This document shows, in pieces, positions 8,471 to 17,917 of a stretch of DNA of 64,000 bases (its first letter is position 1; each line of letters begins with the position of its first letter). The notes beneath the pieces were generated by a model that saw nothing but the letters and a program-made list of their open reading frames with translations, had not been told where the DNA came from and ran no database searches. Made by a program: the position numbers and the translations under genes. This DNA is from a phage. The stretch lies in sequence record PQ374922.1; one strand, written 5' to 3'.

Positions 8471-8577
8471 AATAACGCGTAGCGCAATTTGCCACTTGTT
8501 CTATAAGCAAAACACAGCGATACTAGATTTCGTCAAACATGACTTGAACCACCACTATATTTTGAGGATACATACAA

Positions 8578-9246
8578 ATGCAAGAGATCACTCTCTCCGA
8601 ACGTACACTTCAGTTGCTGGCCAACTTTGAGACCATCAACCCATCTATCGTTCTGACACCGGGCAAGATGCTGCGCAGTATTAATGATTCTTCTACTGTG
8701 ATCGCCGTGGCGCAGATCGAAGAAGACTTCCCGTTTGAGTTCCCGATTCTGGACCTGACCAAACTTCTGGCCATCCAGCGCCTACCTTCCTTCAAAGGTG
8801 CCAAAGCCGAATTCCATCAGGACTACATCCTGTTGAAAGGTGAAAGTTCTCAGCTGCAATTCTGGCGTTCTGCTAAAGAACTCACGGTTGTCCCGGCTGA
8901 TACTATCGAACTGCCGTCTGTTGACTTTGAAGCGATCATCACTCCAGAGAAGATGAAAGAACTGACCCGCGCCTGTTCTACCCTCGGACATAAGACTGTG
9001 CGCCTGGTTGCTCAGGGTGGCAAAACTCGCCTGGTTGCAACCACCACTACCCTGGACAACTCCAACAACTACACTGTTGAGCTGGGTGAAACCGCGCTGC
9101 CGGACTTCGTAATGCCGCTGGATGTTGCCAACCTGAAAATGATCGAAGGCAACTACACTCTGCGTGCCTGTGCTGATCTACAGATGGTGAACTTCCAATC
9201 ATCCGACGCGACGATCAATTACTTCGTCGGCGCACAGATTGAGTAA
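8578..9246 (+). CDS. sliding clamp, T4 gp45-like
   Basis: 222 aa, E. coli-optimal codon usage, immediately upstream of clamp-loader ATPase; order 45-44-62-regA as in T4. Confidence 0.8.
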   Translation: MQEITLSERTLQLLANFETINPSIVLTPGKMLRSINDSSTVIAVAQIEEDFPFEFPILDLTKLLAIQRLPSFKGAKAEFHQDYILLKGESSQLQFWRSAKELTVVPADTIELPSVDFEAIITPEKMKELTRACSTLGHKTVRLVAQGGKTRLVATTTTLDNSNNYTVELGETALPDFVMPLDVANLKMIEGNYTLRACADLQMVNFQSSDATINYFVGAQIE

Positions 9247-9274
9247 TCAATCTCCAGCCTGATGCTATAATGTG

Positions 9275-9300
9275 TGGGCGGGGCGTTCCCCGCCTATTTG
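9275..9300 (+). terminator. hairpin plus T-rich tract after clamp gene, preceded by TATAAT
   Basis: gggcgggg-cgtt-ccccgcc then tatttg; TATAAT at 9265-9270. Confidence 0.45.
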
Positions 9301-9327
9301 AAATGATTCTTCTACACGAGGCTGAAA

Positions 9328-10317
9328 ATGTCTAATATCACAATTGTAAAAGACCAGTATGCATGGGAAAACCGCTTCCGCCCTGACAACCTGGACGAGA
9401 TTATCATCCCTCAAGACGTCCGCGCTAAAATCCATGGCTACATCACCAGCGGCAACGGCAACATCCCGTCTATGCTGTTCTACTCCCCTCAGCCTGGTAC
9501 TGGCAAGACTACCTCCGCCCTGGCCGTGTGTAACGAGATCGGTTGTAAGCAACCACTGATGATCAACGCATCCCTGGACAACAGCATCGACGTTATCCGT
9601 GACCGCGTGATTCAGTACTCTACTGGTGTGAGCGTATTCGGTGGTCGCAAAGTCGTTATCCTCGACGAAGTAGAGCGTCTGTCTATGGCGGCACAGGAGT
9701 CGCTGAAGGGTATTGTGGAGAAGGTCTCCAAGAACTGTTCATTCATCCTGACCACCAACGCCAAGCAACGTGTGAACGAACCTCTGCGCTCTCGTTGCCG
9801 TGAAATCGACTTTATCTGGAATGAGACCGAGGCTGATGAGGTCAAACTTCAGTTCATGCGCCGCTGTGCTGAAATCCTTCGCTGCGAAGGTGTTGAGTAT
9901 GACCCTCCTGTGTTGGCTGCTATTGTCAAGCGCCATTTCCCTGATAACCGCCGCATCATGGGTGTTCTACAGGATAACGTCACCACTTACGGCAAGATCG
10001 ACGAACGTGCACTGGCTGTGTTAAAATCGGCCGATATGGGCATGTTGGTGAATATGTTGAAGGATAATGACTGGGCTGGGATGAAGCAGTGGGTGACCGA
10101 CAACCAGAACTATATCACTGAAGACTTCTATTCCCGCTTCTTCCAGTTCTGTGTACCACAGGATAAAGAGAAGCAAATGTTGGTTCAGAATGAGTCTATC
10201 CCTGATCTGGTATGTGTATGTGGTCAGTCTCAGATTGAACACCGTCAAGTCGGCGATGTCTGGCTGCATGCTGTGTTTTTCCTGACCAATGTCATGCTCA
10301 ACATCAAGTGGAAGTGA
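9328..10317 (+). CDS. clamp loader large subunit, T4 gp44-like AAA+ ATPase
   Basis: Walker A PQPGTGKTT, Walker B VVILDEVE, sensor motifs; 329 aa. Confidence 0.85.
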   Translation: MSNITIVKDQYAWENRFRPDNLDEIIIPQDVRAKIHGYITSGNGNIPSMLFYSPQPGTGKTTSALAVCNEIGCKQPLMINASLDNSIDVIRDRVIQYSTGVSVFGGRKVVILDEVERLSMAAQESLKGIVEKVSKNCSFILTTNAKQRVNEPLRSRCREIDFIWNETEADEVKLQFMRRCAEILRCEGVEYDPPVLAAIVKRHFPDNRRIMGVLQDNVTTYGKIDERALAVLKSADMGMLVNMLKDNDWAGMKQWVTDNQNYITEDFYSRFFQFCVPQDKEKQMLVQNESIPDLVCVCGQSQIEHRQVGDVWLHAVFFLTNVMLNIKWK

Positions 10318-10321
10318 TATT

Positions 10322-10744
10322 ATGGCCGCCCTTGGATTGTTCGATTACCTGGCTGCTCTGAACAGCAGCAAAGAAAACCTTTTGCGGTCTGATGACCCAG
10401 AAGTGTTGAAAGGATTCGACCCGTTTATGACGCGGCGTGGTTTAGCTCAGAGCAAAGACACTCTAGTGGCTGCGCAACAGATGAATAAGCTACATGCTAT
10501 CACTCCATGGATGCAATGGTCATATGCCTTTTACACCATTCCGGCTCGGAAACGCTACGACAAATGGTCTAAGAAAGGTCCGATTGATCCTGACGTGAAG
10601 TTACTCTCAGAGTACTTCTACATCAGCATGGAGAAGGCATCGGAGTACGTCCGTTTCTTGCCGAAGGAAGTCCTGGCCGAGATACGCGAGAAGATGAGAC
10701 GCACTGAGCTGAACGCCAAAGCGAAACCGCGCAAGGCTAAGTAG
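10322..10744 (+). CDS. clamp loader small subunit, gp62-like (by synteny)
   Basis: ATG overlapping gp44 stop region; position between gp44 and regA. Confidence 0.55.
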   Translation: MAALGLFDYLAALNSSKENLLRSDDPEVLKGFDPFMTRRGLAQSKDTLVAAQQMNKLHAITPWMQWSYAFYTIPARKRYDKWSKKGPIDPDVKLLSEYFYISMEKASEYVRFLPKEVLAEIREKMRRTELNAKAKPRKAK

Positions 10745-10773
10745 TTCAAACTATTGTAAAAGGGGAATGAGTC

Positions 10774-11238
10774 ATGGCGCGTAATACGCTAGACATATTG
10801 AATATTTCAGCAGTCAACGATGAGGCCAGCATCGTTGATTGTATGGTTGAAGTTCAATTGAACCAAGATCGGCCAGGTATATTCCTGGGGATCAAGGAAA
10901 CACTGAGTCGAATTGGGGTAAACACGCGCCAAGAGCCGAATACTCTGTATCAGACTTGCCATATTCTTCATAAGTGTGGTAAGTATTATATCGTCCACTT
11001 CAAGCATCTATTTATGCTGGACGGGCATTATAACGGATTTAACCGCGAAGATGTCCTGAGGATGAACCGAATCATCAAGCTGCTGGAGCAGTGGAACATG
11101 GTGAAGGTCATTCATCCTGAGCAGGTCACTGAAGCAGCCGATATGTCTCGCATTAAAGTGGTTAAACACGATCAGGTTCCTGAATGGAAACTGGTTCCAA
11201 AATACATCATCCGGCCTACGAAGGCAAAAAGCGAATAA
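10774..11238 (+). CDS. regA: translational repressor RegA
   Basis: Similarity to T4 RegA as recalled: LYQTCHILHKCGKYYIVHFKHLFMLDG vs T4 LYQSCHILQKKGLYYIVHFKEMLRMDG, C-terminal EWKLVPKY. Confidence 0.85.
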   Translation: MARNTLDILNISAVNDEASIVDCMVEVQLNQDRPGIFLGIKETLSRIGVNTRQEPNTLYQTCHILHKCGKYYIVHFKHLFMLDGHYNGFNREDVLRMNRIIKLLEQWNMVKVIHPEQVTEAADMSRIKVVKHDQVPEWKLVPKYIIRPTKAKSE

Positions 11239-11254
11239 CTGGAGTCGCTAAATC

Positions 11255-12127
11255 ATGACAACTACATTTTCCAAGAACGTGAATCTGAATCTGGCTTTCG
11301 GTAATGCAAAGGGCGACGTCACATCGCCCGACTTTGGTAAGATCCGCAATCAGGCGAAACTGGTGCTGGAAGAAACCCGTGAACTGCTGGAAGCGGCGTA
11401 TTTCGACCACGAGGTGAAAATTGAGTTCACTGCATCTCCGCGAGTCCTGAAAGAACCCGTTGTTGTCGACATCAAAGACATTATGCGCCAGATCATGGAT
11501 GCTCAGGGCGACATCACAACAGTCAACGACGGCGTGGCTCATATTGCTGGTTTCGACGGTGACGAATGCCTACAGCGCGTGTATGCCTCTAACATGAGCA
11601 AGTTCATCCGTAATGAAGGTGAAGTTGTGCCAGCACTGGATTACTACTACAACAAAGGATTCCCACGCGAAAGTCTACGCATCGAAGGGGAATTCCCTCA
11701 GGCGTGCATCAAAGTGGTAGACACCATCACCGTCGACGGCAAAGAATACCCGGCTGGCAAGTTCCTGAAGAACATGGCAACCTTCAAAGAGCCTGACTTC
11801 TCTGATATGTTGACCGCCGAGCCTAAGCGCCAGATCACCGAAATCATTCTGACAGGTACGGCTACCCCAGGTCGACTCGGATGCAACGAACACGCTGGTG
11901 TTGCCTACGCACCGTTCGATTTTATTGACGAGATCGTGGGATACACCAAGATGGGCTTCCAGGCGTTCTCTGGCGAAACAGTCGAGAGCTACATTCCCGT
12001 GTTTGTTTTCAATGAAGACAACTTCCCAACTCTACCGTTGATCTGGGGTGAATGGAAAGCCAACGTCCGTATCTATGTGGCCAGCCCAGTGCAATCATCT
12101 ATCACCCAACTGACCCGTATCGATTAA
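11255..12127 (+). CDS. hypothetical protein (290 aa)
   Basis: Occupies the slot where T4 has DNA polymerase; optimal codon usage; no polymerase motifs. Confidence 0.6.
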   Translation: MTTTFSKNVNLNLAFGNAKGDVTSPDFGKIRNQAKLVLEETRELLEAAYFDHEVKIEFTASPRVLKEPVVVDIKDIMRQIMDAQGDITTVNDGVAHIAGFDGDECLQRVYASNMSKFIRNEGEVVPALDYYYNKGFPRESLRIEGEFPQACIKVVDTITVDGKEYPAGKFLKNMATFKEPDFSDMLTAEPKRQITEIILTGTATPGRLGCNEHAGVAYAPFDFIDEIVGYTKMGFQAFSGETVESYIPVFVFNEDNFPTLPLIWGEWKANVRIYVASPVQSSITQLTRID

Positions 12128-12149
12128 GATATACAGTTGTTCACTAAAC

Positions 12150-12177
12150 AACAGAGGCTATAATGGCCTCTGTTTTC
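12150..12177 (+). terminator. terminator hairpin with TATAAT in loop
   Basis: cagaggc-TATAATg-gcctctg followed by ttttcg. Confidence 0.55.
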
Positions 12178-12195
12178 GTATTCTAAGAGGATACC

Positions 12196-13416
12196 ATGAA
12201 AGATAAAGCCCTGGACGTCCCGTACTGCGGTGTCCGTGAAGAAAAGATAAAGTCGGCCAAACCGGTTCTCAGTCCGACCCATACCTGCCTGTCTTACGAA
12301 TGGATGCGCGATCGTTATCAGATCCACGTCAAGAAGGACGTCCAGCGCCTTCCTGCTCCTTGGACTGATAATCCCATATTACGGCAGGTCAAGTTCTGTA
12401 ACGTCCGGAGAGAGCACGACAGGCAGTCTCTCAACCTGATCAACAACATCGTCAACAACGATGCTCTGGGTATGGCCGACAAGATGTTCAACTGCGTGTT
12501 GTTCCGCATGTTCAACCTCTGGGATCCAATCCAGGCTATCGGCGGCGCGATGACGATCAAAGAATTCGCCGAGATCAACCTCGATGCAACCCGCGAACGA
12601 CTTAAGAAGTTCGAGGCCGACGGCGGTAAGGTATTCACCAATGCCTTCAACACGGGCGGCCTGAAACAATGCCTGGCTTTCCCTGAGATGGTTGTCAACC
12701 ACAAGGAGCAGCGCTTCGGTGGGATGATGGTGAATCTGATCTGTAAAGATGGTTCAACCCAGAACATGGATTATAAAGAAGCCAAGGCGATAGCCGAAGC
12801 AGAACCGGACTTCTACACCATCGAAGGTTGGGAACCGTACATGCCAATGCGTGTCATCCGCTCCCTGAAGGCATTCGTCAACAAGTATCCAAATTACTTC
12901 CATGACCTGCTGCGCCTTGGTACTCCTTTGGAAGTATACCAGCGCATGTACGACGACATCGAAGGGCTTGGTCCATTCCTGGCCTATCAGATCTGGGTAG
13001 ACTTCACTTACATTCCTGAATATCCTTTCAGTGAGAACCACTTCACGGTTGCTGGACCAGGCTGTCGCGCAGGGATCGACCTGATGTTCCAGGACAAAGA
13101 TGGCATGACGCATGAAGAATGCATCTTCTGGTTGCGGGACAATCAGGACGCGGTTTATGGCCCTCTTGGGTATAACAGGGAAGAATTTTGGTCTGCGGAA
13201 GAGCCTTGGGATCAGTGTATGAATGTGATGAGCATCGAGAATATGGCATGTGAATTGTCGAAATATACTCGTTGTGTAGAGGCCATACAGCAAGGTAAAA
13301 AACCGCGCGGGAAGGTTGGATATGACGGCGGTGGGGAATACAAAAAGCGCTGTGATGAAGTCGTGCTCAAACGTGGTTCCGTCAATTTGCTGGACCGTTT
13401 GAAGAAACCTGAATAA
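12196..13416 (+). CDS. hypothetical protein (406 aa), candidate nucleic-acid modification enzyme
   Basis: Long ORF after terminator-promoter hairpin; no motif confidently recognised. Confidence 0.6.
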   Translation: MKDKALDVPYCGVREEKIKSAKPVLSPTHTCLSYEWMRDRYQIHVKKDVQRLPAPWTDNPILRQVKFCNVRREHDRQSLNLINNIVNNDALGMADKMFNCVLFRMFNLWDPIQAIGGAMTIKEFAEINLDATRERLKKFEADGGKVFTNAFNTGGLKQCLAFPEMVVNHKEQRFGGMMVNLICKDGSTQNMDYKEAKAIAEAEPDFYTIEGWEPYMPMRVIRSLKAFVNKYPNYFHDLLRLGTPLEVYQRMYDDIEGLGPFLAYQIWVDFTYIPEYPFSENHFTVAGPGCRAGIDLMFQDKDGMTHEECIFWLRDNQDAVYGPLGYNREEFWSAEEPWDQCMNVMSIENMACELSKYTRCVEAIQQGKKPRGKVGYDGGGEYKKRCDEVVLKRGSVNLLDRLKKPE

Positions 13417-13530
13417 AGATTCCCTTTACTTCGTTCTTCAATAACTCAATCCAGCGTATATTGACCTCACTTAAACGAAGCGCCCTGGCAAACGGGGCGC
13501 ACATTTGAACTGAAACAGGAAGATTACACC

Positions 13531-15549
13531 ATGTCAGATTTTAAGCCCTTCGCAGTAGCTGTCAACAATAACGTGCTGGCCATGTCAGCAACTGGTCTGT
13601 TCATGACCAACATCGATAAAGATGCTCTGTGGGATCTGTATCTGTCTTCTTTCCCTGCTGGCACTAACCCGCTTTATCGTGAGCGTACCGAGCACGACTG
13701 TACCTGCTGCAAACAATTCATCCGTAACATCGGCGGTGTAGTCACCATCGACTCCGATCTGAACGTGATCTCTATCTGGGATAACATTCAGCTGGGTAAC
13801 GAATACGACGTTGTCGCTGCGGCGCTGTCAGCATATGTTAAGCAGCACGCAATCGTCGACGTGTACTTCAACGACACCAAGAAAGTTGGTGTTGAATCGA
13901 ATCACGAAATGAAAGACGGTATTGTCCGCACCTACAACCACTTCCACACCGACCTGCTGGGCAGCTATGTTCTGCGGGCAGATACCATCGCTTCTAAGAA
14001 GGGTGAAATCCGCCAGGCGATTGAAGTGTTTGAGCGCGGCCTGCGTGAACTGTCTCTGGAATCGGCTGAAATCGTTCTGGAATTGATCGACCAGAATTCT
14101 CTGTATCGCGGTGAAGAGCACAAAGCGGCAGTGCAGGCGTTCGTGGTGAACAAGACCCTGTACGAACAAACTGCAGAAGAGAAACGCGCTCTGTGGGCTT
14201 GGCGCACTGGCTACCGTGCAAACGGTCATACCCCTCACGGCATTCGTAATACCGTGATTGGCTCTCTGCTGGTAGACCTCAATGAAGGCCGGGATCTGGA
14301 AACCGCCGTGAAGTCCTTTGAAGCCAAAGTCGCTCCGACGAACTACAAGCGCCCAACCGCGCTGGTCACGAAATCCATGATTGAAAACGCGCAGAAAGAA
14401 GTCGAAGCGCTGGGTCTGACTGATTCACTGGGTCGCCGTTATGCCGTGTATGACGATCTGACCATCAACAACGTTCTGTTCGCCGACCTAGCAGCTCAGA
14501 AGAAGATGGACCCGTTTGCTCAGCTGGCGTCTGAAGTGAAGACTCCGACCAAGTCCCTGGACAAGGTTGAAGAGATCACGATCGACGACTTCCTGACCAA
14601 CGTGTTGCCAAAGGCGCATTCCCTGGAAGTGCTGGTCGAAAACTCTCACATTGGCAACCTGATGTCCCTGATCGCTCCGGCCACCGCAGGCGCTCCTAAC
14701 CTGTTCAAGTGGAACAACGGCTTCAGCTGGTCGTACAATGGCGAAGTGGCCGACTCCATCAAAGAGCGCGTGAAGACCGCAGGCGGCAATGTCGACAGCT
14801 TCCTCCGTGTGTCACTGGCTTGGCATAACAACGACGACCTGGATCTGAGCCTGAACGATCCTCTTCACAACCACGTGTATTATCACAACCGTCGTTCGAC
14901 AACTGGCGCAACTCTAGACATCGACATGAACGGTATGGACGGCATTGATCCAAACCGCCGTCCGGTGGAGAACATCTTCTTCAGCGATGAACGCAAGCTG
15001 CGTGATGGTCTGTACGAGTTCTATGTCACTAACTTCAGCCAGCGTGAAACCTGTGATATGGGCTTCGAAATCGAAGTTGAATACAAAGGCCAGACCAAGC
15101 GTTTTTCGCATCCTGGCCTGAAGCACAAAGATCGCACTCTGGCTGTTGTGATTGATGTCCGCGCTGGACAAGTGGTAGACATCCGTTCTACCCTGAAAGA
15201 CGACGCTCGCTCTCAGGAAATCTGGGGCATCAAGACCTCCGTCTTCCAGAAGGTACAGCTGGTTCTGAACTCACCAAACCATTGGGACGGCGAGCAGACT
15301 GGCAACAAGCACGTGTTCTTCATCCTGGAAGGTTGTGCTAACCCTGTCGGCACCCGTGGTTTCTATAACGAATATCTGAAGCCGGAACTTGATAAACACC
15401 GCAAGGTTTTTGAAATGTTAGGTGGTAAGATTAAAGTACAGCCAAGCACTGAGCAGCTGTCCGGTCTGGGCTTCTCTACCACCCAACGCAACCACGTGTT
15501 CGTGAAGGTGAGCGGTTCGTTCAACCGCACTGTGAAAGTTGTGTTCTAA
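13531..15549 (+). CDS. hypothetical protein (672 aa), highly codon-optimised
   Basis: Long ORF with strongly E. coli-optimal codons; no Walker or polymerase motifs seen. Confidence 0.65.
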   Translation: MSDFKPFAVAVNNNVLAMSATGLFMTNIDKDALWDLYLSSFPAGTNPLYRERTEHDCTCCKQFIRNIGGVVTIDSDLNVISIWDNIQLGNEYDVVAAALSAYVKQHAIVDVYFNDTKKVGVESNHEMKDGIVRTYNHFHTDLLGSYVLRADTIASKKGEIRQAIEVFERGLRELSLESAEIVLELIDQNSLYRGEEHKAAVQAFVVNKTLYEQTAEEKRALWAWRTGYRANGHTPHGIRNTVIGSLLVDLNEGRDLETAVKSFEAKVAPTNYKRPTALVTKSMIENAQKEVEALGLTDSLGRRYAVYDDLTINNVLFADLAAQKKMDPFAQLASEVKTPTKSLDKVEEITIDDFLTNVLPKAHSLEVLVENSHIGNLMSLIAPATAGAPNLFKWNNGFSWSYNGEVADSIKERVKTAGGNVDSFLRVSLAWHNNDDLDLSLNDPLHNHVYYHNRRSTTGATLDIDMNGMDGIDPNRRPVENIFFSDERKLRDGLYEFYVTNFSQRETCDMGFEIEVEYKGQTKRFSHPGLKHKDRTLAVVIDVRAGQVVDIRSTLKDDARSQEIWGIKTSVFQKVQLVLNSPNHWDGEQTGNKHVFFILEGCANPVGTRGFYNEYLKPELDKHRKVFEMLGGKIKVQPSTEQLSGLGFSTTQRNHVFVKVSGSFNRTVKVVF

Positions 15550-15593
15550 ACCTGATTTGAAATTGTAACCCATTCATCATTGAGGATAGTAAA

Positions 15594-15965
15594 ATGTTTG
15601 ATAAAGCAACCCGTATGAAACTGCGCTTCGAGTCTAACAAAGGTCTGCTGTCTGTTGAGCAGGTCTGGGACCTGAGCCTGACTGCCCTGAACGAAATGGC
15701 GAAAGGTCTGAGCCGTCAGGTGAAAGCAGCAGAAACCGATGAAGAAGATTTCATTGGTACCAAAAGCAACGTTGACTCCGAACTGCAGCTGCGCTTCGAC
15801 GTTGTCAAGCACATCATCGGCGTTAAGCTGAAAGAACGTGACGACAGCAGAGAAGCGGCAGAGCGTAAGGCGAACAACCAGGTTATCCTGGAGCTGATCC
15901 AGCGTAAGAAACAGCAAGAGCTGGAAAGCAAATCTGTTGAAGAACTGGAAGCGCTGCTGAAATAA
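15594..15965 (+). CDS. hypothetical charged alpha-helical protein (123 aa)
   Basis: AGGA RBS; followed by strong rho-independent terminator. Confidence 0.55.
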   Translation: MFDKATRMKLRFESNKGLLSVEQVWDLSLTALNEMAKGLSRQVKAAETDEEDFIGTKSNVDSELQLRFDVVKHIIGVKLKERDDSREAAERKANNQVILELIQRKKQQELESKSVEELEALLK

Positions 15966-15987
15966 CCCTGTTGGCCTCGGCCTGAGC

Positions 15988-16016
15988 AACCCCGCCATGT
16001 GCGGGGTTTCTTTTGG
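15988..16016 (+). terminator. rho-independent terminator
   Basis: aaccccgc-catgt-gcggggtt followed by tcttttgg. Confidence 0.7.
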
Positions 16017-16025
16017 ACAAAGAAT

Positions 16026-16436
16026 ATGAAACTTGTCATCTGTGATTACTGCGGCCTCCTAGCCGAATTCGTCGGTGGTGATGTTCTCTACCCTCATCGC
16101 CCTGACCTCCGCAATCTGAAGTTCTGGGTTTGTACCCCATGTGATGCCCGTGTCGGTTGCCATGCCCATGGCGACGGCAGACAACCTCTGGGAAGGATGG
16201 CGAATGCCGCTCTCCGTGCCGAGAAGCAAAAAGCCCATAGATCGTTTGACCCATTATGGAAAGGCGGAGAGAGGAGCAGGAGCGACGCTTACAGTTGGCT
16301 GGCGCATAAGCTGGGGATAAAGAAGCGTGAGTGTCATATTGGCTTGTTCGATATCGACATGTGCCGTAAAGTAGTTGTTGTCTGTCAACAATACGAGGCA
16401 CATATCAATGTCAAAGGAAATACAAGAAGCGTTTGA
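16026..16436 (+). CDS. Cys-rich zinc-binding protein (136 aa)
   Basis: CDYCG...CTPCDARVGCHAH cysteine pairs; internal ATG of ORF 15999..16436. Confidence 0.5.
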   Translation: MKLVICDYCGLLAEFVGGDVLYPHRPDLRNLKFWVCTPCDARVGCHAHGDGRQPLGRMANAALRAEKQKAHRSFDPLWKGGERSRSDAYSWLAHKLGIKKRECHIGLFDIDMCRKVVVVCQQYEAHINVKGNTRSV

Positions 16437-16713
16437 GAATCTAACTCAGGCGCTCACCAACTGCAACCGTCTCAACTATTGCAACGACCCATTGCAAAAG
16501 CTGAAGTCCCTGGTAGAATCAGAACTGGCTAAACTGGCCGAATACAACGCCATCCAAGAAGACGTGGCGTTCATGTCGGACACGGTCGTAGACACCCTTC
16601 CGCGCGAAGTGTACAATGTCTTGGACCGCATCGCAAAGGTGGGTTTCCGTGAACCACAAGACGCCAAACCCACCCCCGAAATTCTTACATCCATCGTTGA
16701 CTCGTTTAAGTGA
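16408..16713 (+). CDS. hypothetical protein (101 aa)
   Basis: Starts MSKEIQ; overlaps upstream gene by 29 nt. Confidence 0.45.
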   Translation: MSKEIQEAFENLTQALTNCNRLNYCNDPLQKLKSLVESELAKLAEYNAIQEDVAFMSDTVVDTLPREVYNVLDRIAKVGFREPQDAKPTPEILTSIVDSFK

Positions 16714-16720
16714 GACCACC

Positions 16721-16954
16721 ATGTCTAAAGAGATTATCTTTACCGGGGCGGCGCTTGACACCATGTATGCCCTGTACAATCGTGGTCCACTGAGCATTGG
16801 CGATATCCCGTCTAAGTCAGGTCTGGACTTCCTGTTGCGACATAAGCTGGTTGTGGCTGTGGTAGTCAGGGGTGAAACGCAATACGCCGGGTCGATGGCC
16901 ATGGCTTCCCACTACAAACGTCAGACATGGAAGGGCGCTTCCTCCAAATCCTGA
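16721..16954 (+). CDS. hypothetical protein (77 aa)
   Basis: Starts MSKEII, similar N-terminus to preceding gene. Confidence 0.45.
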   Translation: MSKEIIFTGAALDTMYALYNRGPLSIGDIPSKSGLDFLLRHKLVVAVVVRGETQYAGSMAMASHYKRQTWKGASSKS

Positions 16955-17062
16955 GTTTGTCAAAACCTTTTCAATATCAATAACGTCCAGCGTAAATGCT
17001 GGGCGTTTCAATTTGTGCATCACAGTATAATACGGCTGTACAATACACCATGAGGCTACATT

Positions 17063-17917
17063 ATGTTTCGTTTGAAATTGAACGACCAAGATGTGTTCTA
17101 CAAACACTTCACCTTCCCAGGTGGTGAGGAACATATCAAGATTCAAAAGTCTGGTATCCCTATCGGCCACGTTCAGAACGTGGCGATTGATGCTCACATC
17201 AAATCATCGGCTGACTTCATTGAGCTGGCGCTTCTGGTAAACGCCGTTCGTGGTCTGGGTAACGTGGACCGTCTGACGACATTCCATGCGTATATCCCTT
17301 ACTTCCCGTATGCTCGCCAGGACCGCCATTGTGACTTCGGTGAGCCTCTGTCTGTGAAGTGGGCGGCTGAGTTCATCAATAGCATGAACTTTGACCGCGT
17401 GGCGATCAAAGATCCTCACAGCCATGTTGTGTCTTCTCTGATCAACAACGTCCATGTTGTCCCGCAAGATTACATCGTGCGTCAGTATCTGGGCTGGTTC
17501 ATCCGTGGGAACAACGCTGTGTTGGTAGCCCCTGACGGCGGCGCGGCTAAGAAGACCGAAGCCCTCAGTCTGTCGTTGGACGGTGTTCCTGTTGTCTACG
17601 GTCACAAGAACCGTGACACCAAGACTGGTGAGATCATTGGGGTGAGTATTACGAACCCTGAACTGATCAAAGACCGCTATCTGGTGGTGGTCGATGATAT
17701 CTGCGACGGTGGGCGCACGTTCGTTGAGTTAGGCAAAGAGCTTCAGAAGCACAAGCCTAAGCACATGACGCTCTTCGTTACCCATGGCATCTTCAGCAAA
17801 GGTCTCTCTGTTTTCGACGGGATCTATGATGCTGTGTATGCCGACACTGTCTGGTGGGAGAACATCACCGCCGACGGGCTTCCTTTCAAAACTGAAAATA
17901 CAGGACGTGTAAAATGA
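17063..17917 (+). CDS. ribose-phosphate pyrophosphokinase (PRPP synthetase) family; Prs or ADP-ribose pyrophosphokinase (Adps)-like
   Basis: IPYFPYARQDR and PRPP-binding VVVDDICDGGRTF motifs; 284 aa, shorter than cellular Prs. Confidence 0.85.
   Translation: MFRLKLNDQDVFYKHFTFPGGEEHIKIQKSGIPIGHVQNVAIDAHIKSSADFIELALLVNAVRGLGNVDRLTTFHAYIPYFPYARQDRHCDFGEPLSVKWAAEFINSMNFDRVAIKDPHSHVVSSLINNVHVVPQDYIVRQYLGWFIRGNNAVLVAPDGGAAKKTEALSLSLDGVPVVYGHKNRDTKTGEIIGVSITNPELIKDRYLVVVDDICDGGRTFVELGKELQKHKPKHMTLFVTHGIFSKGLSVFDGIYDAVYADTVWWENITADGLPFKTENTGRVK

Noticed and set aside
8218-8577. tRNA or other structured RNA gene in long intergenic regions (also 53778-54289, 44410-44606)
   Set aside because: No T-loop-like GTTCRANYC or cloverleaf-compatible segments seen by eye; a proper tRNAscan was not possible
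12754-13293. 179-aa minus-strand ORF within the 406-aa gene
   Set aside because: Antisense; no start context; region belongs to a + strand operon
11255-15549. Possibility that the three genes after regA are a split or divergent DNA polymerase
   Set aside because: No family-B polymerase motifs (exonuclease DxE, motif A DxxSLYPS, motif C YGDTDS) found in any of the three translations
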